A DNA stretch of 64,000 bases, taken from Pirellulaceae bacterium. GTDB taxonomy: Bacteria; Planctomycetota; Planctomycetia; Pirellulales; Pirellulaceae. Positions 18,805-28,699 of this stretch are shown here, piece after piece. Position numbers and translations under genes: made by a program. The first letter of the stretch is position 1. Every line of letters begins with the position of its first letter. The notes below the pieces were generated by a model. The model searched no databases and was not told the DNA's origin. It was given only the letters and a program-made list of their open reading frames with translations. The stretch lies in NCBI GenBank assembly GCA_033761895.1, contig JANRMD010000115.1, positions 6,926 through 70,925 on the forward strand, written 5' to 3'.

Positions 18805-21528
18805 ATGAGCACTGCAGTCAAGACAGCCAAAGCCACCAGCAGTCCCGAATCGAAGAAACCGAAAATCAATCCGTTTCATCAGCGTTTAGCGCGGCTGACT
18901 CACTACCAAGCCTGTCAACTGCTGGGCACTGAGGGACGTAAGCTGATCCAAACCGGTTCGCAGAGCGTAGAACTGGAAACTGAGAGCGATGTCTATCTCG
19001 GCGGAGACCTCTATCGGGTCCGCATTCCAGCGGCTTCTGGCGGCGTCGCGGTCGTGACCATTACGATGAACAGTGGTCGCGACAGGCAATTGCAAGTGAA
19101 CTGTGATCAGTGCAGTAAGAATTGTGAACATATGGGAGCCGCTCTTGGGCACCTGCTCGACGCGAAGTCGACGATGGGACTAGCGGCACCCCCCGACGAA
19201 GCAGTTCCGCTAGAGAACTTGACCGAAAACGAACTACTGCAACGCGCTTTAGCGGAGCGTCAGAAGCGAGCTGCCGAAGAGAAAATGCAAGTCCGTGCGA
19301 TCGACAAAGATCGTCCCTGGTCCGATTACATCGTGACCAGCACCAGTTCTGGTAAGACCTATCGCGTTGCACTTCGCGGAGTCGAACCGGGTCAATCCTA
19401 TTGCAGTTGTCCTGATTTTCGCACCAATCATCTCGGTACTTGCAAGCATATTCTTCACACGCTGAAGAAGGTTCAGCAACGCTTTTCAGCCTCGAAGCTA
19501 CGCGTGGCCTACAAACGCACGAACATCTCGGTTCGTGTCAACTATCAGCAACCGCTAGGTTTGCTGTTCAATATGCCGGACAAAGTACCGGAAAAAATGG
19601 CCGAGATCGTAGGTGACAGCGCGACCGTTCCGACCGATGGTTGCAAGATGATGAACAAGATTCAAGCGCTGGAGCAATCGCGCTATGATGTTCATGTGTA
19701 TCCTGACGCTGAAGAGTTTATCCAGCATGCTTTGATGCAGAGGCGATTGAGCAGCCGCTGCAAAGAGATTCGCAAATCGCCGAAAACACATCCGCTGCGG
19801 CAAAAACTGTTGTCGGTTGAACTGCTGCCTTACCAGCTCGACGGTATCGCCTTTGCCGTTGGAGCTGGGCGGGCAATCCTAGCCGACGATATGGGGCTCG
19901 GCAAAACCATTCAGGGTATCGGCGTCGCTGAGTTGTTAGCGCGAGAGGTTGATATTCGCCGGGTGCTAGTTGTCTGCCCTGCGTCGCTAAAAAGTCAATG
20001 GCGTAGCGAAGTCAACCGGTTCTCCAATCGAACCTGTCAGTTGGTGATGGGCAACGGTGCAGAACGCAACGCATTGTATCAATCAGATGCGTTCTTTACG
20101 GTTTGCAATTACGAACAGGTGATGCGCGATCTGACCGCGATTGAATCGGTTCAATGGGATCTGATTATCCTTGACGAAGGCCAACGCATTAAGAATTGGG
20201 AATCGAAGACCAGCCAAGTCATCCGCGCGCTGCGGAGTCAATTTGCTTTGGTACTATCGGGCACGCCACTCGAAAATCGACTCGATGAACTCTATACAGT
20301 AGTTCAGTTTGTGGATGACTTCCGTCTGGGACCGGCCTATCGCTTCTTCCACAAACATCGGGTGGTTGATGATCGCGGTCGAGCGGTCGGTTACCAGAAA
20401 CTCGATGACTTGCGGGAAGCCTTAAGTCCAATTCTGCTGAGACGAACTCGTGCGGAAGTCGCTAAGCAATTGCCCGAACGGACCGATGAAATCATTCGGA
20501 TCCGACCGACCGAAGAGCAACTGGAGATTAGCAATAACCAATTAACCATTGCAGCCAGAATCGCGGCTAAGCCGTTTTTAACGGAGATGGATTTGCTCCG
20601 GCTGCAAAAATCCCTGTTGCTCGCGCGCATGTCCGCCAATAGCACTTTCTTGATTGACAAAAAGGAACCCGAGTTCAGCAGCAAGCTCGAAAGATTAAGT
20701 GAGTTGCTGGCCAGCTTGATTGAGACGCCTGATCGCAAGGTCGTGCTGTTTAGCGAATGGCGCACGATGCTCGATCGAATTGAAATCAAACTGGATGCAC
20801 TCGGATGCGATTATGTCCGCTTGGATGGTCAAATACCGCAGAAGCAGCGGGCGGCTATCGTTAAGAAATTTCAAGAGGATCCCAAGTGCCGTGTCATCTT
20901 GATGACCAATGCCGGCAGCACCGGACTGAACCTGCAGAGTGCCAATACGGTCATCAACGTGGATTTGCCCTGGAACCCAGCGGTTTTGGAGCAGCGTATC
21001 GCTCGGGCGCATCGCATGGGACAAAAGAATCCGGTCACGGTCTACAAGCTGGTGACTGAAGACACGATTGAGGAAAGGCTGCTGGAGACGCTGGAATCGA
21101 AACAAGGCTTGGCCGACGCGGCTCTCGATTTTGATTCGGATGTCAACGAGATCACCATGAAGAGCGGGATCACGAACATTCGTGAGAAACTGGAAAAAAT
21201 ACTGTTGCCGACGCGTCCAGCGGCTCGGGATGAAAGTCAGAAACGGACGGTCGAACAACAGGCTGAATCCATTCAGCAGCGTCGCGAAAGAGTTTCTGCA
21301 GCCAGTGGCCAGTTGCTGAGCGCTGCTTTGCAGTTGGTCGGCGAGTTGGTGGTTTCGAAAGATGCGCCCCGCCCAAGTTCGGAGGCCGTTGATCAACTGT
21401 CGAGTAGTTTGTCTGAGTGTGTGCAACGCGACGCGTCCGGTCGGCCGCAACTGACCATCAGCTTGCCTGATGACACCGCACTGCGTGGACTTGCCGAAAC
21501 GTTGGCCCTATTGCTGGCCAAAAAGTAA
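18805..21528 (+). CDS. SWIM zinc finger + SNF2-family helicase/ATPase
   Basis: SWIM CSCPDF...TCKH; ADDMGLGKT, LDEGQRIKN, LSGTPLEN, VDLPWNP and QRIARAHRMGQ motifs. Confidence 0.92.
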   Translation: MSTAVKTAKATSSPESKKPKINPFHQRLARLTHYQACQLLGTEGRKLIQTGSQSVELETESDVYLGGDLYRVRIPAASGGVAVVTITMNSGRDRQLQVNCDQCSKNCEHMGAALGHLLDAKSTMGLAAPPDEAVPLENLTENELLQRALAERQKRAAEEKMQVRAIDKDRPWSDYIVTSTSSGKTYRVALRGVEPGQSYCSCPDFRTNHLGTCKHILHTLKKVQQRFSASKLRVAYKRTNISVRVNYQQPLGLLFNMPDKVPEKMAEIVGDSATVPTDGCKMMNKIQALEQSRYDVHVYPDAEEFIQHALMQRRLSSRCKEIRKSPKTHPLRQKLLSVELLPYQLDGIAFAVGAGRAILADDMGLGKTIQGIGVAELLAREVDIRRVLVVCPASLKSQWRSEVNRFSNRTCQLVMGNGAERNALYQSDAFFTVCNYEQVMRDLTAIESVQWDLIILDEGQRIKNWESKTSQVIRALRSQFALVLSGTPLENRLDELYTVVQFVDDFRLGPAYRFFHKHRVVDDRGRAVGYQKLDDLREALSPILLRRTRAEVAKQLPERTDEIIRIRPTEEQLEISNNQLTIAARIAAKPFLTEMDLLRLQKSLLLARMSANSTFLIDKKEPEFSSKLERLSELLASLIETPDRKVVLFSEWRTMLDRIEIKLDALGCDYVRLDGQIPQKQRAAIVKKFQEDPKCRVILMTNAGSTGLNLQSANTVINVDLPWNPAVLEQRIARAHRMGQKNPVTVYKLVTEDTIEERLLETLESKQGLADAALDFDSDVNEITMKSGITNIREKLEKILLPTRPAARDESQKRTVEQQAESIQQRRERVSAASGQLLSAALQLVGELVVSKDAPRPSSEAVDQLSSSLSECVQRDASGRPQLTISLPDDTALRGLAETLALLLAKK

Positions 21529-21542
21529 GGTGAGTTACAAGC

Positions 21543-22370
21543 ATGCGTTCCAAGTTCTTGCCGATAGGCGTTGTGCTGCTGTTATTCTTCACCTGTGCTT
21601 GCATAGCGTTGTATTGGCTCCTGCGCGAACCGCGTGACCACATAGGCTTCTTGTTTGGGGCGCTTTACGGTCACAGCACTTTATCCTCAGGCTGGATGGT
21701 ATTTGGACCAGGCAAATGGCCTAGGTATCCCTTGGCTTTCGTATGGCTGATCGCTATCCCCTCCGCATTTATCCTTAATAGTCTGTTCTCTGCAAATCTG
21801 CCCGCCTCAGGTTTCTTGTGGTTGAGCGCGGGCTTCATATTTGTGTTGGTGCAAGTACTCGCATGGCCAATGCGATATTGGTGGCGGCTAAGAATCTGCC
21901 GTACAGCTCAAGCCACGCAAGCCAACGGGGAGACGGTACTTTCTCATCAGTTCGGGATTCGCGAATTGATGATCTTAACCACCGTCGTTGCGATTTTCCT
22001 CGCTGGTGGTCCATTGCTGTTGCCATTGCTGCGAGCGTTTCTCGGTTCAGGTGAGTTCGCGGTTTTTGCGTTCCTCGTAGTTGCTTCGGTGGTTATCTGT
22101 ATTCCAACAATCTTCTCAATTCTTGCGATGCGAAAGCCCATCGTTCCGACTCTGATTCTGTTCGTATTCGTAACGATTGCCACTTATATTGAATTGCCGC
22201 TGCTTTCGAGTCTAGGTTTTCCGCGAGGCGGACCAGATCGACTTCACTTGATACTGATCAATGTTTTTTCGTTATTACCGATCGTTATTGTGTGCAGCAT
22301 GCTGCGAGTCGCTGGCTACCAACTCTCCAGCAATCGCAATCAACCGCAAGGATCGGTGGCTAACAGCTAG
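21543..22370 (+). CDS. Multi-pass membrane protein (QFGIRELM...TTVVA / GY(R/Q)L family)
   Basis: About 8 hydrophobic segments; shares motifs with the ORFs at 43642 and 62650. Confidence 0.75.
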   Translation: MRSKFLPIGVVLLLFFTCACIALYWLLREPRDHIGFLFGALYGHSTLSSGWMVFGPGKWPRYPLAFVWLIAIPSAFILNSLFSANLPASGFLWLSAGFIFVLVQVLAWPMRYWWRLRICRTAQATQANGETVLSHQFGIRELMILTTVVAIFLAGGPLLLPLLRAFLGSGEFAVFAFLVVASVVICIPTIFSILAMRKPIVPTLILFVFVTIATYIELPLLSSLGFPRGGPDRLHLILINVFSLLPIVIVCSMLRVAGYQLSSNRNQPQGSVANS

Positions 22371-22382
22371 TATGTCGCTATA

Positions 22383-22647
22383 GACGATTGCCACAAAAGA
22401 ACACAGAGGACGCAAAAAGAGTGACGCAATTGGATCCAGCTCTACGACTATCTATCGAAGCCCTTGGGCATTGCTTTTGTGTCCTTTGCGTTTTTTCGCG
22501 GCCATCGTTGCGCTAGGTAGCGACGATTGCCACGAAAAGAACGCAGAGAACACAAAAAGAGTGGCGCAATTGGATCCGGCTCTGCGACTATCTATCGAAG
22601 CTCGTGGGCCTTGCCTTTGTGCCCTTTGCGTTCTTTCGTGGCAATCG
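22383..22647. repeat. Two tandem ~125-bp hairpin elements (period 139 bp)
   Basis: Copies at 22383-22508 and 22522-22647. Each starts GACGATTGCCAC(A/G)AAAGAAC(A/G)CAGAG and ends in an imperfect reverse complement (...CTTTGCGTT(T/C)TTTCG(C/T)GGC(C/A)ATCG). The internal sequence is also shared. Confidence 0.85.
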
Positions 22648-22824
22648 CCGGACGGGAACGGTAGGTAACTCTCGCAATGAGACAAACCGGTGCCAGATGA
22701 AGTGACGTAATCTATGGTATCTATGCTTGTTTCGCGTTTACAGCAGTTAACAATTAACTAGTCGTTTTGAGAGTCGCGAACCAAAGAGAAACTCAATGTT
22801 TTAGAAAGTGAGGGATAGATTGCT

Positions 22825-23202
22825 ATGCAGACGATTAAGGAGCTCTGTGACTTCGTTCGGGAAACGTCCTACAAGATACACCTCTACCATGGCCACGGCC
22901 ATCTGGAAAAGGTCTATGAAAACGCCCTAGTTCATCGCATGCGAAAAGCTGGATTCGACGTAGAGCAGCAGCATCCATTGACCGTTTTTGACGAAGATGG
23001 AACGGTAATCGGCGAATATTATGCAGACCTTTTCATCGACGGGCGTTTGATTGTGGAATTGAAGGCCGTGCGGGCCGTTGCTGATGAGCACATAGCGCAG
23101 ATTCTGGGGTACTTGAAGGCGTCACGTTTCGAACATGGGTTGTTAGTGAACTTTGGTTCGCCGCGTTTCTGGATTAAGAAGTACATCCTAACGCAACAGT
23201 GA
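22825..23202 (+). CDS. GxxExxY protein (PD-(D/E)XK nuclease-like fold)
   Basis: GHLEKVYENAL fits GxxExxY; also YYADLFIDGRLIVELKAV and GLLVNFG. Confidence 0.9.
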   Translation: MQTIKELCDFVRETSYKIHLYHGHGHLEKVYENALVHRMRKAGFDVEQQHPLTVFDEDGTVIGEYYADLFIDGRLIVELKAVRAVADEHIAQILGYLKASRFEHGLLVNFGSPRFWIKKYILTQQ

Positions 23203-23326
23203 AGTGGCAAGTGTAAGCCTCTCCAAAGTTTGCGCCAAAAAGGACGAGACAAGTGGTCCCGTGGCACGATGTCACATTGTGTATAATGAGCGTCTTCCTT
23301 TCACATCCCACCCCCGGAGTTTCGCG

Positions 23327-24814
23327 ATGACTCAGCCTATTTGTTCTCCCAAAGTAACTGAATCCATTGAATTGAATCGTCGTAAATTGCTGGTTGCGGG
23401 TGGTGCAGGTGCTGCTCTGCTGATGACTGGGCGGAAGGCCTCAGCGCGAGTGATCGGAGCCAATGACCGCTTGCGGATTGCTGTAGCGGGCCTTAACGGT
23501 CGAGGGCAAAGTCATATCGATGGCTGGCTGAAACAGGAGAATGTTGAGATCGCGTGGGTGATCGATCCCGATGAGCGTGCGCTGGCGCGTGGAATCAAGA
23601 TCGTGCAAGAAAAGTCAGGTGGCAAATCCAACCCGCAAGGTGTTGCGGATGTTCGACGTGCACTTGAAGACAAAACGTTGGACGCGATTTCGATTGCGAC
23701 CCCTAATCACTGGCATTCGCTGATGACAATTTGGGGTGCTCAGGCGGGCAAGCATGTCTATGTCGAGAAACCGATGAGTCACGATGTGGCTGAGGGCCGC
23801 ATTGCGATGGAGGCGCAGAAGAAATACGGAGTGGTTGTGCAGCACGGCACTCAAAGTCGTAGTAGCGCTGAGATCGCTGGATTGCACGCAGCTATCCACG
23901 CTGGAAAATTCGGTAAGCTGAAAATCTCGTATGGTTACTGCTGCAAGGAACGCGGTAGCATCGGCACTAAACCCATTAGTGAACCGCCAAGTAACCTTGA
24001 CTGGAATTTGTGGCGTGGCCCGGCAGATGTGAAGGAGTTTCACGCGAACTATGTGCATTACAACTGGCACTGGTTTTGGAAGACTGGCAACGGCGACTTG
24101 AATAATCAAGGTACGCATCAACTCGATATTGCGCGATGGGCCATAGCGCCCGATCAAACACATCCGGTGCGCGCGATGGCGATTGGTGGCCGCTTTATGT
24201 GGAATGACCAAGGCGAAACGCCCAACACGATGTTTGGTATCGCTGAGTACCCAAATGGTCAGCAAGTCTTCTTCAATGTCCGCAATATCAACTACGATGG
24301 CTACAAACGCCAAGTTGAGAACGAATACTACTTTGAAGATGGTGGCCGCATCGTCGGTGGAAAGTACTTCGCGAAAGGGAGTAACTCAGGCGAGAAGGTG
24401 AACGTTGAACCTGGCAAAGTCACACCGGGCGGAAATTGGGGTGCGTTCATTGCCGCTTGTCGCGCGGGTGATCCGATGATGGCTAATGGCAATGCAGCGG
24501 ACGCCCACTATGGTTGCGTGCTTGGACACTTAATCAACAATTCGTATCGATTAGGAACCGAAGTGCCTTTCAACGCCAAGGCTGGACGTTTTGGCGACAA
24601 TGCGGATGCCGCGGAGCACTTTGGACGCTTGCATGCGATCATGGCGGATGGGGTGGGGGTTCCCGTAGATGGTTCTAAGTACGTCGTTGGACCTTGGTTA
24701 ACGTTCGATCCAACCACAGAAAGGCACACCGGCGACCATGCCGAAGCCGCCAATGCACTGCTGAAGGACGAAAACCGAGCGGGGTTCGAGATTCCATCAA
24801 TGGCGAAAGTTTAA
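23327..24814 (+). CDS. Gfo/Idh/MocA family oxidoreductase with Tat signal peptide
   Basis: LNRRKLL Tat motif; IAVAGLNGRG; HVYVEKPMSH; NQGTHQLD. Start placed at ATG 23327 rather than the longer ORF-track start. Confidence 0.9.
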   Translation: MTQPICSPKVTESIELNRRKLLVAGGAGAALLMTGRKASARVIGANDRLRIAVAGLNGRGQSHIDGWLKQENVEIAWVIDPDERALARGIKIVQEKSGGKSNPQGVADVRRALEDKTLDAISIATPNHWHSLMTIWGAQAGKHVYVEKPMSHDVAEGRIAMEAQKKYGVVVQHGTQSRSSAEIAGLHAAIHAGKFGKLKISYGYCCKERGSIGTKPISEPPSNLDWNLWRGPADVKEFHANYVHYNWHWFWKTGNGDLNNQGTHQLDIARWAIAPDQTHPVRAMAIGGRFMWNDQGETPNTMFGIAEYPNGQQVFFNVRNINYDGYKRQVENEYYFEDGGRIVGGKYFAKGSNSGEKVNVEPGKVTPGGNWGAFIAACRAGDPMMANGNAADAHYGCVLGHLINNSYRLGTEVPFNAKAGRFGDNADAAEHFGRLHAIMADGVGVPVDGSKYVVGPWLTFDPTTERHTGDHAEAANALLKDENRAGFEIPSMAKV

Positions 24815-24931
24815 TCCAAAGGTGGCAGAGATTTGCTTGCGGTGGGAGAGCTGGACAGGTTGGGATATAATCCAACGTAACCGAACACGGTTAAGCACCC
24901 GCTTCCCGCCCGCAGATTGCGAAAGCCCCCA

Positions 24932-26107
24932 ATGGAAAAAGTGGATTTTGAACATCGGACGCGTCTCGTCTTTGGCTCTGGCGAGATCGCTCGCCTAGGT
25001 GCAATCGCCCGCGAACTCGGTGGCCGTCGTGCGCTTGTGGTAAGTGACCCGGGGGTCGTCACGGCGGGGCATTTTGGTCGCGGAGTCGCAGCTCTGGAAG
25101 CGGCTGGTTTAGAAGTTGCCGCTTTTCATGGCGTAAAAGAGAATCCATCCACTGCGGAAGTTGCCGCCGGACTCGAAGTCGCACGCCAGTTCCAACCCGA
25201 CCTGCTGATCGGATTGGGTGGCGGAAGTTCGATGGACTGCGCCAAAGGTATCAACTTCCTCTACAGTTGCGGTGGTCGCATGGAGGACTATTGGGGTGTT
25301 GGCAAAGCGACTGCAGATATGCTGCCCATGATCGCTGTTCCTACAACCGCTGGCACTGGCAGTGAAGCGCAATCATTTGCACTGATCAGTCAAGTCGACA
25401 CGCATACCAAGATGGCTTGTGGTGACCGACGCGCCGCCTGTCGCGTTGCGTTGCTCGACCCCGAGTTAACTGTGACTCAGCCGCCGCGCGTTACTGCCCT
25501 AACAGGCGTCGATGCTATTTCGCATGCACTCGAGTCCTACGTTACTCTTCGTCGCAACCCGCTGAGCATCTGTTACAGTCGTCAAGCCTGGCAGTTGCTC
25601 AGCCATGGCTTTCCTGCCGTGCTCGATAATCCGACCGATCTCGAAGCTCGGGGGCAGGTCCAGCTAGGTGCTTTCTTCGCCGGATTAGCGATTGAAACAA
25701 GTATGCTCGGCGCGGCGCACGCGCTTGCCAACCCACTGACGGCACAGTTCAATGTAACTCATGGACAAGCGGTTGGTTTGATGCTGCCCCATGTGGTGCG
25801 ATTCAATGCATCGCGTTCGTCAGCTGTCCACAGTTGGTACACGGAGCTGTGGCGCGATGTGGCTCACTCGAGTTTGGGCAAGTCAGTCGCTCAGCGCGAT
25901 CCGATCGACTCATTAGCCATCTATGTGCAAAACCTCGCATCCCGCGCGGGGTTACATACGGAGCTCGCGAGTTGCGGGGTGACGGCCAAAGATGTGTCTA
26001 AGTTGGCGGTAGACGCAACCAAGCAATGGACGGGCAATTTCAACCCGTGTCCGTTGCAAGAAGGCGATTTTCGGCAATTGTACATTGAAGCCCTTGGTAA
26101 TCCTTAA
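24932..26107 (+). CDS. Iron-containing alcohol dehydrogenase
   Basis: GLGGGSSMDCAK, PTTAGTGSE, and metal ligands D(AISH)...H(ALAN)...H(GQA). Confidence 0.92.
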   Translation: MEKVDFEHRTRLVFGSGEIARLGAIARELGGRRALVVSDPGVVTAGHFGRGVAALEAAGLEVAAFHGVKENPSTAEVAAGLEVARQFQPDLLIGLGGGSSMDCAKGINFLYSCGGRMEDYWGVGKATADMLPMIAVPTTAGTGSEAQSFALISQVDTHTKMACGDRRAACRVALLDPELTVTQPPRVTALTGVDAISHALESYVTLRRNPLSICYSRQAWQLLSHGFPAVLDNPTDLEARGQVQLGAFFAGLAIETSMLGAAHALANPLTAQFNVTHGQAVGLMLPHVVRFNASRSSAVHSWYTELWRDVAHSSLGKSVAQRDPIDSLAIYVQNLASRAGLHTELASCGVTAKDVSKLAVDATKQWTGNFNPCPLQEGDFRQLYIEALGNP

Positions 26108-26124
26108 AACCGGAGAGTTCACCA

Positions 26125-27321
26125 ATGCCCAGAAACATTGCGCCCAGAAACATAGCGCCCAGAAAAATAGTGCCCAACGTAGTTTTGCGTGGAAACAATG
26201 TTATGCGGACTATAACCGGCCTTATTTCCGGTGCCCTGTGCGCGGCTACATGCATGGTACCTCTGTTTGCGGACAGCTGGCCGTTTGGTCGCGGCGACTC
26301 CGCTGGAACCGGCGCGACCAAAGTCGAATTGCCAGAAAAGCTCGGCCTGATGTGGGAGCTAAAGCTCGGTGGAATCGGATTCGAATCGACACCCATTATC
26401 GCTGACAACACCATTTTCATCGGCGATCCCGATGGCCGATTCTTCGCGATCGATGCGACCACTGGGCAAGAGAAATGGCGCAAGGAATACGAAACGGGCT
26501 TCGTCGCTTCGGCGGCCTATATCGACAGCATGATCTACATCGGCGACTACGATGGTGTGCTGCGAGCGATGGAGGCGGCAACGGGCAAAGAGGTTTGGAC
26601 TTTCAAAGCTGAGATGCAAATCGATGCCAGCCCAACCGCTTATGGCGACAATCTTCTTGTAACCTCCGAAGACGGAACACTGTATTGCGTGAAACGCGCC
26701 AACGGTGAATTGGTCTGGAAGTATGAGACCGGCGACCAGTTACGTTGCGGTGCTTCACTGGCCGGCGATCGGACTTATCTCGGCGGTTGCGACGGCAAAC
26801 TGCACGTGGTCGATGTGACTCAAGGCAAAGCCATCGGCGAACCGATTCCCCTGGACGGACCAACCGGCAGTACTCCCAGCGTGGCGGGCAACAACGTGTT
26901 TGTACCCACGCATGGTGGAAAGCTGTTTGCATTCGATGCCGAGACCAGCAAAGAAGCTTGGCAGTTTTTTGACCCCAAATTGGCCCAAGAGTTTCAAAAC
27001 AACGTTGCCACAGCGGACAATTTGGTTGTGGCCACCAGTCGCAACAAGCATGTCTTTGCAATCGATGCAACGACCGGCAAAGTTGTGTGGGATATCGTTC
27101 TTCGCAAACGCGCGGATGGCTCTCCAGTGATCGCTGGTGATAGTGTGGTTGTTGCCGCCGCCGATGGTCGATTGATTGTTCTGGACCTCAAGACAGGCAA
27201 CGAAAATTGGCTTTACGAAATCAAGGGTGGCTTTATCGGATCACCAGCCATCGCGGACGGCAAGATTGTGGTCGCTTCCGACAAAGGGACCGTGTTTTGC
27301 TTCGGCGCGGATTTGCGTTAG
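26125..27321 (+). CDS. PQQ-binding-like (BamB-like) beta-propeller repeat protein, exported
   Basis: Repeated AIDATTG(Q/K)xxW-type blades; signal-like segment ending LFA-DSWP. The start is 26125 (RBS GGAGAG) or 26203. Confidence 0.88.
   Translation: MPRNIAPRNIAPRKIVPNVVLRGNNVMRTITGLISGALCAATCMVPLFADSWPFGRGDSAGTGATKVELPEKLGLMWELKLGGIGFESTPIIADNTIFIGDPDGRFFAIDATTGQEKWRKEYETGFVASAAYIDSMIYIGDYDGVLRAMEAATGKEVWTFKAEMQIDASPTAYGDNLLVTSEDGTLYCVKRANGELVWKYETGDQLRCGASLAGDRTYLGGCDGKLHVVDVTQGKAIGEPIPLDGPTGSTPSVAGNNVFVPTHGGKLFAFDAETSKEAWQFFDPKLAQEFQNNVATADNLVVATSRNKHVFAIDATTGKVVWDIVLRKRADGSPVIAGDSVVVAAADGRLIVLDLKTGNENWLYEIKGGFIGSPAIADGKIVVASDKGTVFCFGADLR
26127..26175 (+). repeat. 15-bp tandem repeat x3 (GCCCAGAAACATTGC) at the 5' end of the beta-propeller gene
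   Basis: Units start at 26127, 26142 and 26157, with a partial unit at 26172. They encode PRNIA/PRNIA/PRKIV. Confidence 0.75.
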
Positions 27322-27379
27322 ACTGGACCTACAAGCCCTGAACGTTTTCCGCCAACCCAAAAACACCAAGCAAAGACCC

Positions 27380-28699
27380 ATGGCAGAAGCAACAAAAACC
27401 GAGGTTGGCAGTTATTTCATCTCCAACTATCCACCGTTTTCTCAGTGGAAAGCGGAGAATTTGCCACAAATCGAAGCCGCGCTGAACCAACCACCGCGCG
27501 TGCAAGCGGATGGAACTCCTACTCCGCTCGGTTTGTATCTACACATCCCTTTTTGCCGTAAGCGTTGCAAGTTTTGCTACTTCAAAGTCTTTACGAACGT
27601 CAACGCCGATGAGATTGAGCGTTACGTTCAGGCGCTTTGTCGCGAAATCGAATTGGTTAGCGAACTGCCGGTGATGGGCGAGCGCCCATTCCGCTTTGTG
27701 TATTTCGGTGGAGGCACGCCGAGCTTTCTCTCACCGAAGCAACTGACCAGTCTGGTCGATCGGCTCCGCGCGAGCATCAGCTGGGATAAAGCGGAGGAAG
27801 TCACGTTCGAATGCGAGCCCGGTACACTCAGCGAAACGAAGGTCAAAACTCTCCGTGAACTTGGTGTCACTCGACTGAGTCTGGGCGTTGAGAACTTTAG
27901 CGATGCTATTCTGGAAGAGAACGGTCGAGCTCACTTGTCGAAAGAGGTTCACCGCGCGTGGCAATGGATCGTCGATGCTAACTTCCATAACGTTAACATC
28001 GACTTGATTTCCGGTATGGTCGGCGAGACGTGGGATAACTGGAAAGAGAACGTTACGAAGACGCTGGAGCTCTCACCGGAAAGCATTACGATTTACCAGA
28101 TGGAGTTGCCCTTTAACACGGTGTATTCCAAAGGTATTCTCAATGAACAGCAAGAATCGCCGGTTGCCGATTGGCAGACCAAACGCGATTGGGTTCAGTA
28201 CGCCTTCGAGGCGTTCGCTGCCGCTGGATACGCACAAAGCAGCGCGTACACCATGATCAAGGATCCCAAGAAAGTCAGCTTCAGTTATCGCGACAACCTT
28301 TGGAAAGGCTCGGACTTACTGGCTACCGGTATTGCATCCTTTGGGCATGTGAGTGGAGTGCATTATCAAAACCTGCCCGAATGGCCGCAGTACCTCGGCG
28401 CGCTCGAAGCTGGCAAGTTGCCACTCGGCCGGGCCTTCACACCGACCCAACATCAGTCGATGGTTCGCGAATTAATCCTGTTGTTAAAGCGTGGTTACCT
28501 CGACATCGATTACTTCCAGAACAAGTTTGGGGTAAACGTGTGGGACGAGTACCAAGAGATTTGGCAACAGTACATCGAAGACGGCTACGCAGTGCATGAT
28601 GGGAACCGCATCGAATTGACCATGCAGGGGCTGCTTCGGGCCGACGGATTGCTGCCTCCGTTCTTTGAACCGGAGCATCGTGGGGTTCGCTACACATGA
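27380..28699 (+). CDS. HemN-like (coproporphyrinogen III oxidase family) radical SAM protein
   Basis: LYLHIPFCRKRCKFC (CxxxCxxC), YFGGGTPS, RLSLGVENF and NIDLISGM. Start placed at ATG 27380. Confidence 0.88.
   Translation: MAEATKTEVGSYFISNYPPFSQWKAENLPQIEAALNQPPRVQADGTPTPLGLYLHIPFCRKRCKFCYFKVFTNVNADEIERYVQALCREIELVSELPVMGERPFRFVYFGGGTPSFLSPKQLTSLVDRLRASISWDKAEEVTFECEPGTLSETKVKTLRELGVTRLSLGVENFSDAILEENGRAHLSKEVHRAWQWIVDANFHNVNIDLISGMVGETWDNWKENVTKTLELSPESITIYQMELPFNTVYSKGILNEQQESPVADWQTKRDWVQYAFEAFAAAGYAQSSAYTMIKDPKKVSFSYRDNLWKGSDLLATGIASFGHVSGVHYQNLPEWPQYLGALEAGKLPLGRAFTPTQHQSMVRELILLLKRGYLDIDYFQNKFGVNVWDEYQEIWQQYIEDGYAVHDGNRIELTMQGLLRADGLLPPFFEPEHRGVRYT

Noticed and set aside
22383-22647. 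Possible CRISPR array
   Set aside because: Only two units, and the 'spacer' interiors are nearly identical. The period is 139 bp and there are no cas genes.
23204-23326. N-terminal extension of the Tat oxidoreductase
   Set aside because: It would place the twin-arginine motif too far from the start; the region contains a TATAAT box and looks like promoter DNA.
27176-27379. N-terminal extension of the radical SAM ORF
   Set aside because: It overlaps the beta-propeller gene; ATG 27380 is more plausible.
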